A DNA stretch of 64,000 bases, taken from positions 5,920,001-5,984,000 of the forward strand of contig OY969763.1 in assembly GCA_963702845.1 (NCBI GenBank). The letters run 5' to 3'. This document shows, piece after piece, positions 39,171 to 50,068 of the stretch (position 1 is its first letter; each line of letters begins with the position of its first letter). The position numbers were made by a program, and so were the translations under genes. This stretch comes from an uncultured Verrucomicrobiae bacterium. GTDB lineage: Bacteria; Verrucomicrobiota; Verrucomicrobiia; Limisphaerales; Palsa-1400. Below the pieces are notes generated by a model. It was not told the DNA's origin and searched no databases. It was given only the letters and a program-made list of their open reading frames with translations.

Positions 39171-41604
39171 ATGGTTGCCGTCCAAACAAAAGAACGCGCA
39201 TGGATCACCGCACTCGGTATTCTGGTGCTGACGCTTCTGGTGTATTCGTCCGCAATTCAGAATGGCGGATTCATTTGGGACGATAATGCGTTGCTCACGG
39301 ACAACGCGGCCATCAAAGACAACGCCGGGCTTCATACAATCTGGTTCACAACGAAACTCGTAGATTACCTGCCAGTGACTTCGACGTCGCTGTGGATCGA
39401 ATGGCGTCTGTGGCACACGAACCCGCTGGGGTATCATTTTACGAATGTGCTTTTGCACGCGATTAACGCGATTTTGCTGTGGCGCGTTTTAAAACGGTTG
39501 CGCATTCCCGGTGCGTCGGTAGCGGGGTGGCTGTTTGCTGTTCATCCCGTATGTGTCGCTTCAGCGGCGTGGATTGCCGAACGGAAAAACACTCTCTCAA
39601 TGGTTTTTTACCTGTTGAGCATTTTGCTTTTCCTTCGGTTTGATGATGAATGCGCGAAACCGAAAGCAAAGGGTGCGGGCAAATGGTTCGCGCTCTCTCT
39701 TTTCGCATTCGCGTTCGCGCTGCTGTCGAAAGGTTCTGTCACCGTGTTGCCGGCGGTGTTGCTCTTGCTGGTTTGGTGGCGGCACGATCGCATTACACAA
39801 AAAGATTTTGTTCGCACGTTGCCGTACTTCGCGATGTCTGCTGCGTGCGCTGGCGCCACAATCTTGCTGCAACATCGCGGGATGGGGCTTCCGGAGGACA
39901 GCCTGTTGGTGAGATTGCTCGCGTGGGACGCGCGCGTTTTGGTTCTACATTTGGAAAGACGTTGCGCCGGTAAATCTGACCATGGTGTATCCACTTTGGC
40001 CCGTGTCGCTGAGCCATTGGGTGACTTACGTTCCGGTGGTCGGCGCGCTCCTACTCATTCCTGTGCTTTGGCATTTCCGGTTCACGTGGGGAAAAGCCGT
40101 CCTGTTTGCGCTTGCGTACTTCGTCATTGCGCTCGCGCCGGTGCTCGGTGTCTTCAACATGGCCTACTTCGCAATCTCGCGCGCTTCAGATCACCTACAA
40201 TACCTCGCCATTCCCGGTATTATCGCGCTCGTCGCCGCTGCGGGTTCGTATCTAATCGAAAAGAAACAACCTCGTGCTTGGCACGTAATTGTCGGTGCGT
40301 TCCTGGTAATACTTTGCGGGCTGACGTGGAATCATTCGAAAATCTTTGCCGTCCCCGAAACACTTTGGGCTGACAACGTGGAGAAGAATCCGACCTCATG
40401 GCGCGTGCGTAACAGCTATGGCGCAGCTTTATTTAAAAACGGCAAAATGGACGAAGCCATTGTCCAATACAAAGCCGGCCTTGCCGTTGATCCCGCCGCC
40501 GGCGATTTGCATTACAATCTCGCCAACGCCTATTACAAACAGCAGAAGCGCGAACTGGCGGTGATTGAATTTTCGCAAGCGCTCACGAACGCATCGGAAC
40601 CGTTCAATGCACAAAACAATCTTGGCCTCGTTCTCGGCGAACTTGGCCGTCACAAAGAAGCTGTTCCTCATTTTCGCGAAGCGATCAAAGGCAAGCCGAC
40701 ATGGCAAGAGGCGTATCGCAACCTCGGCGATGCGTTGCTCAAGAGCGATCAAACAGCCGATGCGGTCACCGTATTTGAACAGGCTTTGCAGTTGGAGCCG
40801 AATGATAGCGGTGCGCACAATGGTCTTGGTGCAGCGCTGGAGAAAAAAGGCGATTTAGACCGCGCAAGTCAGGAATTCGAGCTCGCCACCAAACTTAATC
40901 CCAACGACACCACTGCCCGCCAGAATCTTGCACTCGTGCTCAACAAAAAAAGTCAGCTTGCGGAAACGACTGGCCGTGTCGGTGATGCCATCACTCAACT
41001 CCAAGCTGCTATCCAACTGAGCCCAACGAACGCCTCATTGCACAATTCGCTCGGGGCCGCGTTCGATCACTCGGGCAGGCTGGACGATGCGCTCGCGCAG
41101 TTCGACGAAGCGTTGAAACTCAATCCAACAAACGTCACAGCGATGAAAAATCGCGGTCTGGTTCTTTCCCGCAAAGGTCGTGGCGCCGAAGCGATTGCCG
41201 CGTTCGAAAGCGCACTCCGTGTGAAGCAGGACGACGCCGATCTTCACAACGAAATTGGTAATGCACTCGGTCGGGCCGGTCGAGTGGACGAGGCGTTGCC
41301 GCATTTCCAAAAAGCCGTCCAAATCGATCCAACACTCGCGGCCGCACAAAACGGACTCGGTGCGACTCTTCAGGAGAAAGGCCGCATTGACGAGGCCATC
41401 ACGCACTTTCAGGAAGCCATTCGTTTGAAACCCGACCTGTCGCGTGCCCATTTCAATCTCGGTGTGGCGTTGGTGAAGAAGAACCGGCGCGACGATGCCA
41501 TCGCGCAGTTCAAGGAAACACTTCGACTGCAACCGAACTACATCGACGCGCAGAAATATCTCCGGGCGCTCACGTCGACACCGGGCAGCGAAGCCAGCCG
41601 TTAA
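39171..41604 (+). CDS. TMTC-like GT-C membrane protein with C-terminal TPR repeats, apparent frameshift near 39923
   Basis: 'FIWDD', 'YHFTNVLLH', 'FAVHP', 'WIAERKN' in ORF 39171; the other frame reads 'GTRAFWFYIWKDVAPVNLTMVYP' into ORF 39982, which has many TPRs. Confidence 0.82.
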
Positions 41605-43358
41605 TTGCAGAGCGACCACATCAGAATCGCAGACGCCGTCCCATCCATTGTTGGTTCGTTGCTGGAGTAGTCGTGGATTGTATCGTGATAAACGGCCAAT
41701 TCGCTTTGGAATGGCGCGTCGCGATCAGGTTCCGGCACGCTGACACCTTTCAACGTTTTGAAAATGCGTTCGTAGACTGGTCCGTCCACCAGCCCCCCGC
41801 GCACGGAACGTCCCGTCAGCTTCGTGGTGATTAAATGCGGATCGCGGGGATAACGCCCGCCCTCGGGCATCCCAAGAAACATCGACGTGCCCCACGGATT
41901 GCGGCCCATCAACCAATCGCGATTTTTGCACAGGAACTCATGATAGCGCGTATCGCCCGTCATGCGCTCGTAAAGCAGGCATTGCGTCACCAGTGACGCG
42001 AGCAGATTGTTCGAACACCAGATAAATGGCACGCCGACGCGATAAGGATTCTTCTGGGACATCCGGACACACTGGTCGATTCCGTCGCGATAATATCCCG
42101 CGAGCACCTTTTGGAAATCCTGGTCGACATAATCGTAGAGTGCGAAATGGCCCAGGTTGATGAAAGGGTAGTATTGGTAGTGCCCAGTTTGTTCTTTGCC
42201 CATCCACGTGTCATTGCCAGCGAGTTTGGCGTAACGCTTCGCGTCCTCGAGAAACTCCTTCAAGTCGGACACGCCATATAAAACAGCGGCGCCCCATTCC
42301 ATATCGTCGGCCCAAGTTGTTTCGGCGTAGCGATAAGGCTGGCTGTAGGAGTTGCCTTGCTGCACGCCGGGATGTGCTTTCCCCAGCGAATACACGTCGA
42401 GGCCGGCCTGGAGACATTTCTGCGCGAATGCCGGATCGATGTCCCGGAATGCAATGCTCGCGAGACCCATGGCCGCAGTATAACGTCCGGCAAGATTAGC
42501 AAGGCCGGTCGAATCACTTTGGTATTTCAGCAACCCCTGAGGTTTACCGTCCGCGAAATAAACCACACGATTGCTTCCGGAGCCCCAGCCGTAATCCACG
42601 ATTTCCTTATTCGGCAAACGCATCCCGCTATGGTCGCGATCATCGGCGACCTGATGATAAAGCTGATTGGGCGCCGGGTGCAGTTTCAACATCCACTCCA
42701 ATCCCCAACGCACCTCGTCCAGAATATCCGGCACACCGTTCGGTTTCGCTTTTCCGCGCGCGTCGAAATGGTCGGCGAACTTGATCGTTTTGTGCCGAAG
42801 ATCGTAAGCGACCAACATTTGTGCCGTCGCATTCCCTGAAGTGAGCAGATACTTCAGCAAATCCGCGGCATCGTGCCATCCACCGGTCGCATCAATCAAT
42901 GTGCCTGGCGGTAACGGCCCGTAAGCGGTGCGCCCGTCATTGGTGTGGCACGGCGCTTGAAGAAACGGATTGTAGCCGCAGCGCTGCTCGCGCATAAATT
43001 CCAGCAATACATCCGGCAACTGGCCGTAAGGCGCTTCAGCAATGCGAATCGGAACGGACATTGCACCGACGCGCACAACCAGGTTTGTTCCGGGAGTAAC
43101 CACACGCGAGAGGTCGAGTTCGGCGTGATGTTTCCACTTTCCCCAATTGGCGTTCGTGATTGGCTTGGAAACACCTTCCAACAACACTTGGCTGCCGCGT
43201 TCGACCGTGAAGTTGCGCGGCAGTTCGGAATCGGAAAACGCAATAGCAATTTTCGAGTCGTGCAGTTCATATCCGCTCTGGTTAACGCGGATAAACGTCT
43301 CGCTTCTGCACGGCAATAGTTGAACCGCCAACGCGAGCACAGCGACAAACCACTTCAT
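41601..43358 (-). CDS. Glycoside hydrolase family 9, secreted
   Basis: 'IRVNQSGY', 'GGWHDAAD', 'DEVRWGLEW', 'GRNPWG', 'YSSNEPT'. Confidence 0.88.
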   Translation of the reverse strand: MKWFVAVLALAVQLLPCRSETFIRVNQSGYELHDSKIAIAFSDSELPRNFTVERGSQVLLEGVSKPITNANWGKWKHHAELDLSRVVTPGTNLVVRVGAMSVPIRIAEAPYGQLPDVLLEFMREQRCGYNPFLQAPCHTNDGRTAYGPLPPGTLIDATGGWHDAADLLKYLLTSGNATAQMLVAYDLRHKTIKFADHFDARGKAKPNGVPDILDEVRWGLEWMLKLHPAPNQLYHQVADDRDHSGMRLPNKEIVDYGWGSGSNRVVYFADGKPQGLLKYQSDSTGLANLAGRYTAAMGLASIAFRDIDPAFAQKCLQAGLDVYSLGKAHPGVQQGNSYSQPYRYAETTWADDMEWGAAVLYGVSDLKEFLEDAKRYAKLAGNDTWMGKEQTGHYQYYPFINLGHFALYDYVDQDFQKVLAGYYRDGIDQCVRMSQKNPYRVGVPFIWCSNNLLASLVTQCLLYERMTGDTRYHEFLCKNRDWLMGRNPWGTSMFLGMPEGGRYPRDPHLITTKLTGRSVRGGLVDGPVYERIFKTLKGVSVPEPDRDAPFQSELAVYHDTIHDYSSNEPTMDGTASAILMWSLCN

Positions 43359-43462
43359 CTCTGGAGATTAACCATAGCCGTACGCCCGCACAGCGAAAAA
43401 TTCACAACCTTATTCGAGCATTGCAAAAACACGCGAAAAACTAGTATGAATAACAGGACGAA

Positions 43463-43951
43463 ATGTTAACGGTTGCCGACCAATTGCGCTCAGCGCGCGA
43501 AGCTCAAAACCTGACCGTTCACCAGGTCGCCGAAATCACGAAGATCCGCACGGATCACATCCGAGCTTTGGACGAAGGCAATTACGACGTTTTTTCCGCG
43601 CCGGTTTACATTCGCGGCTCCGTTCGCGCCTACGCCATCGCAGTGAAGTTAGATGTTCCTCGAGTGTTGGAAACGTTGAGCGAGGAACTGGGGCGTTCGC
43701 CACGACACCAGGGTCCACCTGCACTAACGCGACGCAAACGCACCGTGCTGGACGTGATCATGTATCAATGTTCCAAGTTGCAATGGCGCGTTGTTCTTCC
43801 TGGCCTCGCGGTGATTGCGACGGTTCTGATCGGCTACTTCATCTACAAATCCTGGAGCGAACAACGGACGAAAAACCCGCTCGCCGGAGTTAAGCCCGGA
43901 ATTTATAAGCCGAACAAAAGTAACGGCGTAACTCTGCCGTTGCCGAAATAG
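43463..43951 (+). CDS. RodZ-like HTH membrane protein (short)
   Basis: 'LRSAREAQNLT..QVAEITKIR..HIRALDEG', 'VYIRG', one TM. Confidence 0.8.
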   Translation: MLTVADQLRSAREAQNLTVHQVAEITKIRTDHIRALDEGNYDVFSAPVYIRGSVRAYAIAVKLDVPRVLETLSEELGRSPRHQGPPALTRRKRTVLDVIMYQCSKLQWRVVLPGLAVIATVLIGYFIYKSWSEQRTKNPLAGVKPGIYKPNKSNGVTLPLPK

Positions 43952-43969
43952 GCGGGCTTTCGAAAAGTC

Positions 43970-44773
43970 TCAAGCACTCGCGCTCGTGTAGCGTCGAATC
44001 GAGAATTTCCAAAACAGCTCCGACGCGATAAAGCACACGCCCGTCATGACGACGAGCAGGAGCATTTCAAACGACGAATCCAATCGTTGCGTTAACAGTT
44101 TCACCGGTACGTTTGCGACCAACAACATCGGCAACGCAAACATGAAAAACGCCTTGAAAAAACCGCGGTCGAACGCCGCGTCCGGCAAACGTGAGATCTG
44201 GAACAGATTGTAGTAACCCCAAACGATTCCCTGCGCGCGCACTGTCCAGAACGCCACCGTCGTGAGCAAAAACATGAGCGAGTAATGGATAAGGATACCG
44301 GCTACGCAGAGCAGGAAGAATCCAACCACCTGCATCGCCGTCGGTATTAAATGCATCTGCTTTGCCGCATAACCCATCACCGCCAGCGCCGACGATGCAT
44401 TCACGAACCCTCCCAAATCCACCTGCCGTAACGATATCAAAAATCGTGTGTTGATTGGCAGCAACATCATGAAATCGAGACGGCCGGTTCGAATCAGTTC
44501 CGACAACTGGACGCAATTCGTCAGGAAAAAGGCCTGGAAAATCTGTTGAATGAAATGGCTGGCGCCGACGAGCATAACGACCTGCCATTTCGTCCACGTG
44601 CCGATGTGGTCGGTGTGCAAGTAAATCACGCCGATGAAGCAAAGTTGGAGACCGAACCAAAGCAGTTCTACGAAAATCCAGAGGATGAAGTTGCTCTTGA
44701 ATCCCATTTCGCGAACAACGGAATTGCGCCAGAGCGCCGCGTAAATGTACAGGTAGCGTTTGAGTTTGGTCAT
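43970..44773 (-). CDS. ABC-2 family permease (DUF990 type)
   Basis: 'IRTGRLDFMMLLPI'; multi-TM; ends 'RRYTSASA'. Confidence 0.85.
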   Translation of the reverse strand: MTKLKRYLYIYAALWRNSVVREMGFKSNFILWIFVELLWFGLQLCFIGVIYLHTDHIGTWTKWQVVMLVGASHFIQQIFQAFFLTNCVQLSELIRTGRLDFMMLLPINTRFLISLRQVDLGGFVNASSALAVMGYAAKQMHLIPTAMQVVGFFLLCVAGILIHYSLMFLLTTVAFWTVRAQGIVWGYYNLFQISRLPDAAFDRGFFKAFFMFALPMLLVANVPVKLLTQRLDSSFEMLLLVVMTGVCFIASELFWKFSIRRYTSASA

Positions 44774-44775
44774 CC

Positions 44776-45576
44776 TTAGCCTCCCACCGCCGAATATTTT
44801 CTAATCCCGCGATTCCAGGTAAACCGCGCCAATACGTAAAACACAACTACCCATCCAATCTGGATCAGCAACCCATGCCAAAGCGCGTCGCCTTTCACGT
44901 TGCCGAGATAAACGCTCACCGGGAAAAAAAGCAGATATGGAAACGGCGTGTAATTCAACACCGCCGCCACAGCCGGCGGTAAAATATTCAAGGGAAACAA
45001 ATGGCCCCCGGCGACGTATTCAAACGCGAACACAATGAAGATGAACGTCGACACTTCCAACACCCAGAACGCCAGCAGCGCCATCGTGTAAGACATGCAG
45101 AATTGCAACACGCCCGTCAGCGCGACGGACAACACAAACAACCCGAATGTCGCCAGATTCGGCGGAGCGACGAAATATTGACGCATGCAATAGATGAAAA
45201 TCCCGACTGGAATTAACGAGACTACGGTGAAAATCAGTTTCCCCGAAAAAAACAGGCAAATCCGATACGCCATGTAGTCAATGGGCTTCAGCAGAAACTG
45301 GCTGATGGCGCCGTCCTTGATGTCCGTAGCAATTTGCCAATCGTCCTCCGTCACCGCCGTCAATGTGTCCACAATCGTGACCAGCAGATAATAAGAGATC
45401 ATGCCCGCGAGCGAAAAACCCCCGATGTCGCCGGATTGCCCGCGAAAGACCGTGCGCCATAGATAAATGGTCGCCAGCAACGGGACCAGGCTGAACGCCG
45501 CCCGAAAGAAAAAGTTAAAGCGATAAACCAGCGTGTTTTGCACGCCGGTCTTCATCACATGCCAATACTTCTTCAT
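44776..45576 (-). CDS. ABC-2 family permease (DUF990 type)
   Basis: 'DIKDGAISQFLLKPI', 'GGHLFPL', ends 'RKYSAVGG'. Confidence 0.85.
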   Translation of the reverse strand: MKKYWHVMKTGVQNTLVYRFNFFFRAAFSLVPLLATIYLWRTVFRGQSGDIGGFSLAGMISYYLLVTIVDTLTAVTEDDWQIATDIKDGAISQFLLKPIDYMAYRICLFFSGKLIFTVVSLIPVGIFIYCMRQYFVAPPNLATFGLFVLSVALTGVLQFCMSYTMALLAFWVLEVSTFIFIVFAFEYVAGGHLFPLNILPPAVAAVLNYTPFPYLLFFPVSVYLGNVKGDALWHGLLIQIGWVVVFYVLARFTWNRGIRKYSAVGG

Positions 45577-45786
45577 TCGACGCCTGTAAACTAATGTGGC
45601 AGCGCGAAAAATAAAGTTTAGTGTGGGGTGGGTTCGACCAATTGCGAATTGGACTTACAGACGATGCGCGAGTAAGAATGGGTTGTTCCCTGCTGATAAC
45701 GTCATTGATGCGCGTGAGCATTTTTGCGCGTTTTTGCGTTGACGTCAGGGGCGGTTTACTCCCGATATTGCATCAGTATAAGAGAT

Positions 45787-47061
45787 ATGAATTCTACTGC
45801 GCAACGCGTGAGCAGCGCCACTAACAATATTGAAGAGCGTTTTCGGAAATATGTCATTCCGTCCTACGCGCGGTTTGATATCGCGCTGACGCACGGAGAA
45901 GGCGCTTACGTGTGGGATGTGGACGGGAAGCGGTATCTTGATTTAGGCGGCGGCATCGCTGTGACGGCGCTCGGCCATGGCAATGTGGAAATTGCGGATG
46001 CCATCGCCACCCAGGCTAAGAAGCTCGTTCACACTTCGAACCTCTACTTCCACGAAGGGCAGGGGAAGATTGCGGAACAGATCGTCAACCTTGTCGGTCC
46101 CGGGAAGATGTTCTTTTGCAACACCGGCGCGGAGGCGAACGAAGGACTTTTCAAACTCGCGCGCAAATTCGGCCATGACGAAGGCCGATTTGAAATCATC
46201 ACTGCTGAAAATTCATTTCACGGGCGCACTCTCGCCGCCATTTCGGCCACGGGCCAGGACAAGGTGAAGAAGGGTTTCGAGCCGATGGTGCAAGGTTTCA
46301 AGCACGTTCCCTATAACGATCTCGATGCCGTGCGCGCCGCGATTTCGCCTTCAACAATCGCCGTTCTTGTCGAAGGCGTGCAGGGTGAAGGCGGCGTTTT
46401 CCCAGCCTCGCCCGAGTATCTGATGGGGCTGCGCAAGTTGTGTAACGAAAAGAAAATGCTGTTGATGATGGACGCGGTGCAGTGCGGCAATTTCCGCACG
46501 GGCCGGTTTCAAAGCTTCCAACGCATTCTCGAAAACACGCCCGAGGCGAAAGATTTTCTGCCGGATGCAATTTCGATGGGTAAATCGCTTGCGGGTGGTT
46601 TGCCAATGGGCGCGTTCTGGGTGCGCCAGCCGTATGCCGACCTGCTCAGTGCCGGAATGCACGGCACCACACTCGGCGGTTCGCCGCTGGTCTGCGCCGC
46701 TGCGCTTAAGTCGATGGAAATTATCCAGCGCGACAAGCTCGCCGACAACGCGCGCGAACTTGGGAATTATTTCAATACGGAGTTGCTCTGGATGCGCGAT
46801 AAGTTTCCGCAAATCATCAAAGATGTGCGCGGCCTCGGTTTGATGATCGGGCTTGAACTCCAGGATACGATCCCCAGCTTCAGCGACAGCGATAAGACGG
46901 TCGCGGCTCAATTTGTCAATCGCTTGCACGACGCTGGCGTTCTCTCCGTGCCCGCGGGCAAGCAGGTCATTCGTTTATTGCCACCGCTCAACCTCAAGGC
47001 TTCGGAAGCCGCTGAGGCGATGAGCATGATTGAGTTGGTTGTGGCCAGGACAGCTTCATGA
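45787..47061 (+). CDS. argD: Acetylornithine aminotransferase
   Basis: 'GKRYLDLGGGIAV', 'GAEANE', 'SFHGRT', 'VQGEGG', 'HGTTLGG'; overlaps argF. Confidence 0.9.
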   Translation: MNSTAQRVSSATNNIEERFRKYVIPSYARFDIALTHGEGAYVWDVDGKRYLDLGGGIAVTALGHGNVEIADAIATQAKKLVHTSNLYFHEGQGKIAEQIVNLVGPGKMFFCNTGAEANEGLFKLARKFGHDEGRFEIITAENSFHGRTLAAISATGQDKVKKGFEPMVQGFKHVPYNDLDAVRAAISPSTIAVLVEGVQGEGGVFPASPEYLMGLRKLCNEKKMLLMMDAVQCGNFRTGRFQSFQRILENTPEAKDFLPDAISMGKSLAGGLPMGAFWVRQPYADLLSAGMHGTTLGGSPLVCAAALKSMEIIQRDKLADNARELGNYFNTELLWMRDKFPQIIKDVRGLGLMIGLELQDTIPSFSDSDKTVAAQFVNRLHDAGVLSVPAGKQVIRLLPPLNLKASEAAEAMSMIELVVARTAS

Positions 47062-47957
47062 AACATCTACTGAGTCTGGAAAAGCTTCCCCGCGCGGACA
47101 TGGAATCCATCCTCGCCGCGAGCGTGAAGATGAAACGCGAACGCGGCGCTCACAAAGTCCAACCGCTGGCCGGTCAAACCTGGGCGCTCATTTTCACCAA
47201 ATCATCGACGCGCACGCGCGTGTCATTCGAAGTCGGCATCCATGAACTTGGCGGCAACGTCATGTTCCTCTCGCCGGCCGACTCACAGCTTGGCCGTGGT
47301 GAACCGATTCAGGATACGGCACGGGTCATGGGCCGAATGATCCATGGCGCGGTCATTCGTACCTTCGCGCAGCGCGACATCGAAGTCTTTGCTGAGCATG
47401 CCAAAATTCCGACGATCAATGCCCTGACCGATGACGAGCATCCGTGCCAGATACTTGCCGACATTTTGACAATTCAAGAAAAGCTCGGGCCGATTCAGAA
47501 CAAGGTCGTAACTTTTATTGGTGACGGCGCTTGCAACGTGCCGATCTCCTGGATGTTCGCTGCGGGTAAACTCGGTTTCGAACTGCGCATCGCCGCGCCG
47601 AAAGCATTCCAACCGTCCGCCGAATTGGTCAAACGTGCCGGCGGCAAAATTATTTGCACCGAAGATTTGAACGCCGCCGCTAAAGCCGCCGACGTTCTCT
47701 ACACAGACGTTTGGGTTTCGATGGGCAAAGAAGCCGAAGCAGCTGATCGCATCAAGGTGCTCGGCAGATACCAGATCAATGGCGAATTGTTGAAGCACGC
47801 CAAACCTGGCGCGATGGTCATGCATTGTCTGCCCGCGTATCGCGGCAAAGAAATCGATGATTCGACCCTTGAAGCTCACGCCCAAACCATCTTTGACCAG
47901 GCGGAAAACCGACTGCACGTGCAGAAAGCAGTTCTTAACTGGGCAGTCAGCGCTTAG
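47058..47957 (+). CDS. argF: Ornithine carbamoyltransferase
   Basis: SSTRTR, HPCQ, 'WVSMG', HCLP, 'QAENRLH'. Confidence 0.96.
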   Translation: MKHLLSLEKLPRADMESILAASVKMKRERGAHKVQPLAGQTWALIFTKSSTRTRVSFEVGIHELGGNVMFLSPADSQLGRGEPIQDTARVMGRMIHGAVIRTFAQRDIEVFAEHAKIPTINALTDDEHPCQILADILTIQEKLGPIQNKVVTFIGDGACNVPISWMFAAGKLGFELRIAAPKAFQPSAELVKRAGGKIICTEDLNAAAKAADVLYTDVWVSMGKEAEAADRIKVLGRYQINGELLKHAKPGAMVMHCLPAYRGKEIDDSTLEAHAQTIFDQAENRLHVQKAVLNWAVSA

Positions 47958-48018
47958 TGGCCTCACATTTCCGATGTGCGTTTTTCCCGCGCTCGTGCCA
48001 ACATTGTAAGGTCGCGAC

Positions 48019-49185
48019 GTGAAAGCTCTACTCCGCACATCTGAACTTGCCGACATCCACGACAAAGTGGCTGCCGGCCAACGCATCAATGAAGCCGATG
48101 CGCTGCGCCTGTTTGAGTCCAAAGATCTGAACGCGATCGGTGCGATGGCTGAAATCGTGCGCCAGCGGAAGAACGGCAACCGCGCCACCTACATCGTCAA
48201 TTGTTACATCAACTATTCGAATTACTGCATCCTGAGTTGTCAGTTTTGCGCCTTCGCTCGTAAAAAACGCGATGCGGACGGTTTCCAATTCACGGTCGAT
48301 GAAATCGTGCAGAAAGCGCGAAACGCGCTCAGCATCGGCATCACGGAGCTGCATATCGTCGGTGGGCTCCATCCATCACTGCCGTTCAGCTATTATACCG
48401 ACATGTTGCGAGCTCTCAAAGCGCTTGATCCGCGGTTGCAGTTAAAATGTTTTACCGCGATCGAAATCTTGCACCTCGCCTGGCTGGCAAAAAAATCTGT
48501 GCGCGAGACATTGACGGAATTGAAGAGTGCCGGTCTTGAGTCGCTCACCGGTGGCGGCGCGGAAATTTTTGCAAAGAACGTCCGGTCGCAAATCGCAAAA
48601 GGAAAAGAGTCCGCCGAAGAATATCTCGACGTCCACCGCACGTGGCACCATCTCGGCGGTCGCAGCACCTGCACGATGCTTTTTGGGCACATCGAATCCG
48701 TTGCCGATCGTGTGGATCATCTCCGCCAACTTCGCGCATTGCAGGATGAGACACATGGTTTTACCGGCTTTGTTCCCTTGGCCTACCAGCCCGGCAATAA
48801 CGATGTTCCCGTTGAGAATCCGCCATCTGGTTTTGATTGCTTACGCACGATTGCGATCAGCCGAATCTATTTGGATAACTTCGACCATATCACCGCTTAC
48901 TGGATAGGAATGGGAATGAAACTGGCACAGGTCGCGTTGAGTTACGGCGCAGATGATTTGCACGGCACGATTATCGAAGAACACATCTTCCACATGGCTG
49001 GGTCATCAACGCCTCAACTGCAAACCGAAGCGCAAATGATCAAAGCAATTCGCGAAGCCGGCCGCACACCGGTGCAACGCAACACGTTTTACGAGCCACT
49101 GAAGACAGTTGGCGATGGTGAGGCCGAAGAGGCCTCGTCCAATAGGGCATCAAAAATCTTGGAAGCAAACCTCGCCACCGGCTGA
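48019..49185 (+). CDS. mqnE: Aminofutalosine synthase (radical SAM, CofH/MqnE family)
   Basis: CILSCQFC, 'HIVGGLHP', 'AYWIGMG..LAQVALSYGADDLHGTIIEE'; adjacent to mqnA. Confidence 0.85.
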   Translation: MKALLRTSELADIHDKVAAGQRINEADALRLFESKDLNAIGAMAEIVRQRKNGNRATYIVNCYINYSNYCILSCQFCAFARKKRDADGFQFTVDEIVQKARNALSIGITELHIVGGLHPSLPFSYYTDMLRALKALDPRLQLKCFTAIEILHLAWLAKKSVRETLTELKSAGLESLTGGGAEIFAKNVRSQIAKGKESAEEYLDVHRTWHHLGGRSTCTMLFGHIESVADRVDHLRQLRALQDETHGFTGFVPLAYQPGNNDVPVENPPSGFDCLRTIAISRIYLDNFDHITAYWIGMGMKLAQVALSYGADDLHGTIIEEHIFHMAGSSTPQLQTEAQMIKAIREAGRTPVQRNTFYEPLKTVGDGEAEEASSNRASKILEANLATG

Positions 49186-49186
49186 C

Positions 49187-50068
49187 ATGAGCGATGAAAT
49201 TCCAAAACTGCGCCTCGCTCCGGCTGAAAGCGCCGAAGACTTGAAGCGCCGTTACGAGCGCGAGACGCGTCTTGCTGAGCGTCAGCATGAGGACGAACTG
49301 TCCAGCGGCTTGAAAGGTTTTCGCGTCGGCTCCGTTCCTTACCTCAACGCCATCCCTCTGACTCGTGGAATTGAAGACGAAATCGTTTTCATTCCACCAT
49401 CGCAACTCGCCGAAAAGCTGCGCTGTGATGAACTCGACGCCGCGCTGGTTAGTATCAGCGAAGTATTGATGCATGATAAATACGATATTCTCGACGGCGT
49501 GGCTGTGGCCTCGCTCGGTGAAGTCAAAAGCGTGTTTCTTGCCCATCGTCAGCCGCTCGAAGAAATCAAAGAAATTCACTGCGACACCGCCTCTCTGGCC
49601 GGTTTCAATTTGCTGAAAGTTTTATTAGCCGAACGCGGTCTGAAACCGACCTTGACGCCGCTCGCCAGCTACGCGGAAGCATCGACGAAAGAAAACGTCT
49701 TCCTTATTGGCGATCGCGCCATTGACTTCCTGTTCGGCAATTACGATCACCAGATTTTTGACTTGGGCGCCGCGTGGTATGAGTTGACGAAGCTCCCGTT
49801 CGTTTACGCCGTCTGGGCTCTGCGCCGCGGCGTAAAAAACGATGAACTCCGCCGCCAATTGCATTCAGCAAAAGTGTTCGGCATGGAGACTCTGGACAAC
49901 ATCATCAACACGCGTCCCGAATACACCCTCGATTTCCGCAAGGACTATCTCGGCTGGCACATTCATTACCATCTCGGGACCGATGAGCGTCGCGGCATCG
50001 CCAAATTCGTCGAACTCCTGCGCAAGCATGGTCTGGGACCGGTCCACGAGCCCAAGTTTGTTTCATGA
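49187..50068 (+). CDS. mqnA: Chorismate dehydratase (futalosine pathway)
   Basis: 'VGSVPYLNAIPL', 'GEVKSV', 'LIGDRA', 'DLGAAWYELTKLPFVYAVW'. Confidence 0.88.
   Translation: MSDEIPKLRLAPAESAEDLKRRYERETRLAERQHEDELSSGLKGFRVGSVPYLNAIPLTRGIEDEIVFIPPSQLAEKLRCDELDAALVSISEVLMHDKYDILDGVAVASLGEVKSVFLAHRQPLEEIKEIHCDTASLAGFNLLKVLLAERGLKPTLTPLASYAEASTKENVFLIGDRAIDFLFGNYDHQIFDLGAAWYELTKLPFVYAVWALRRGVKNDELRRQLHSAKVFGMETLDNIINTRPEYTLDFRKDYLGWHIHYHLGTDERRGIAKFVELLRKHGLGPVHEPKFVS

Noticed and set aside
45767..45800. ARG boxes upstream of argD
   Set aside because: TGCAT and TGAAT half-sites are present but their partner halves are poor; cannot be supported without a PWM.
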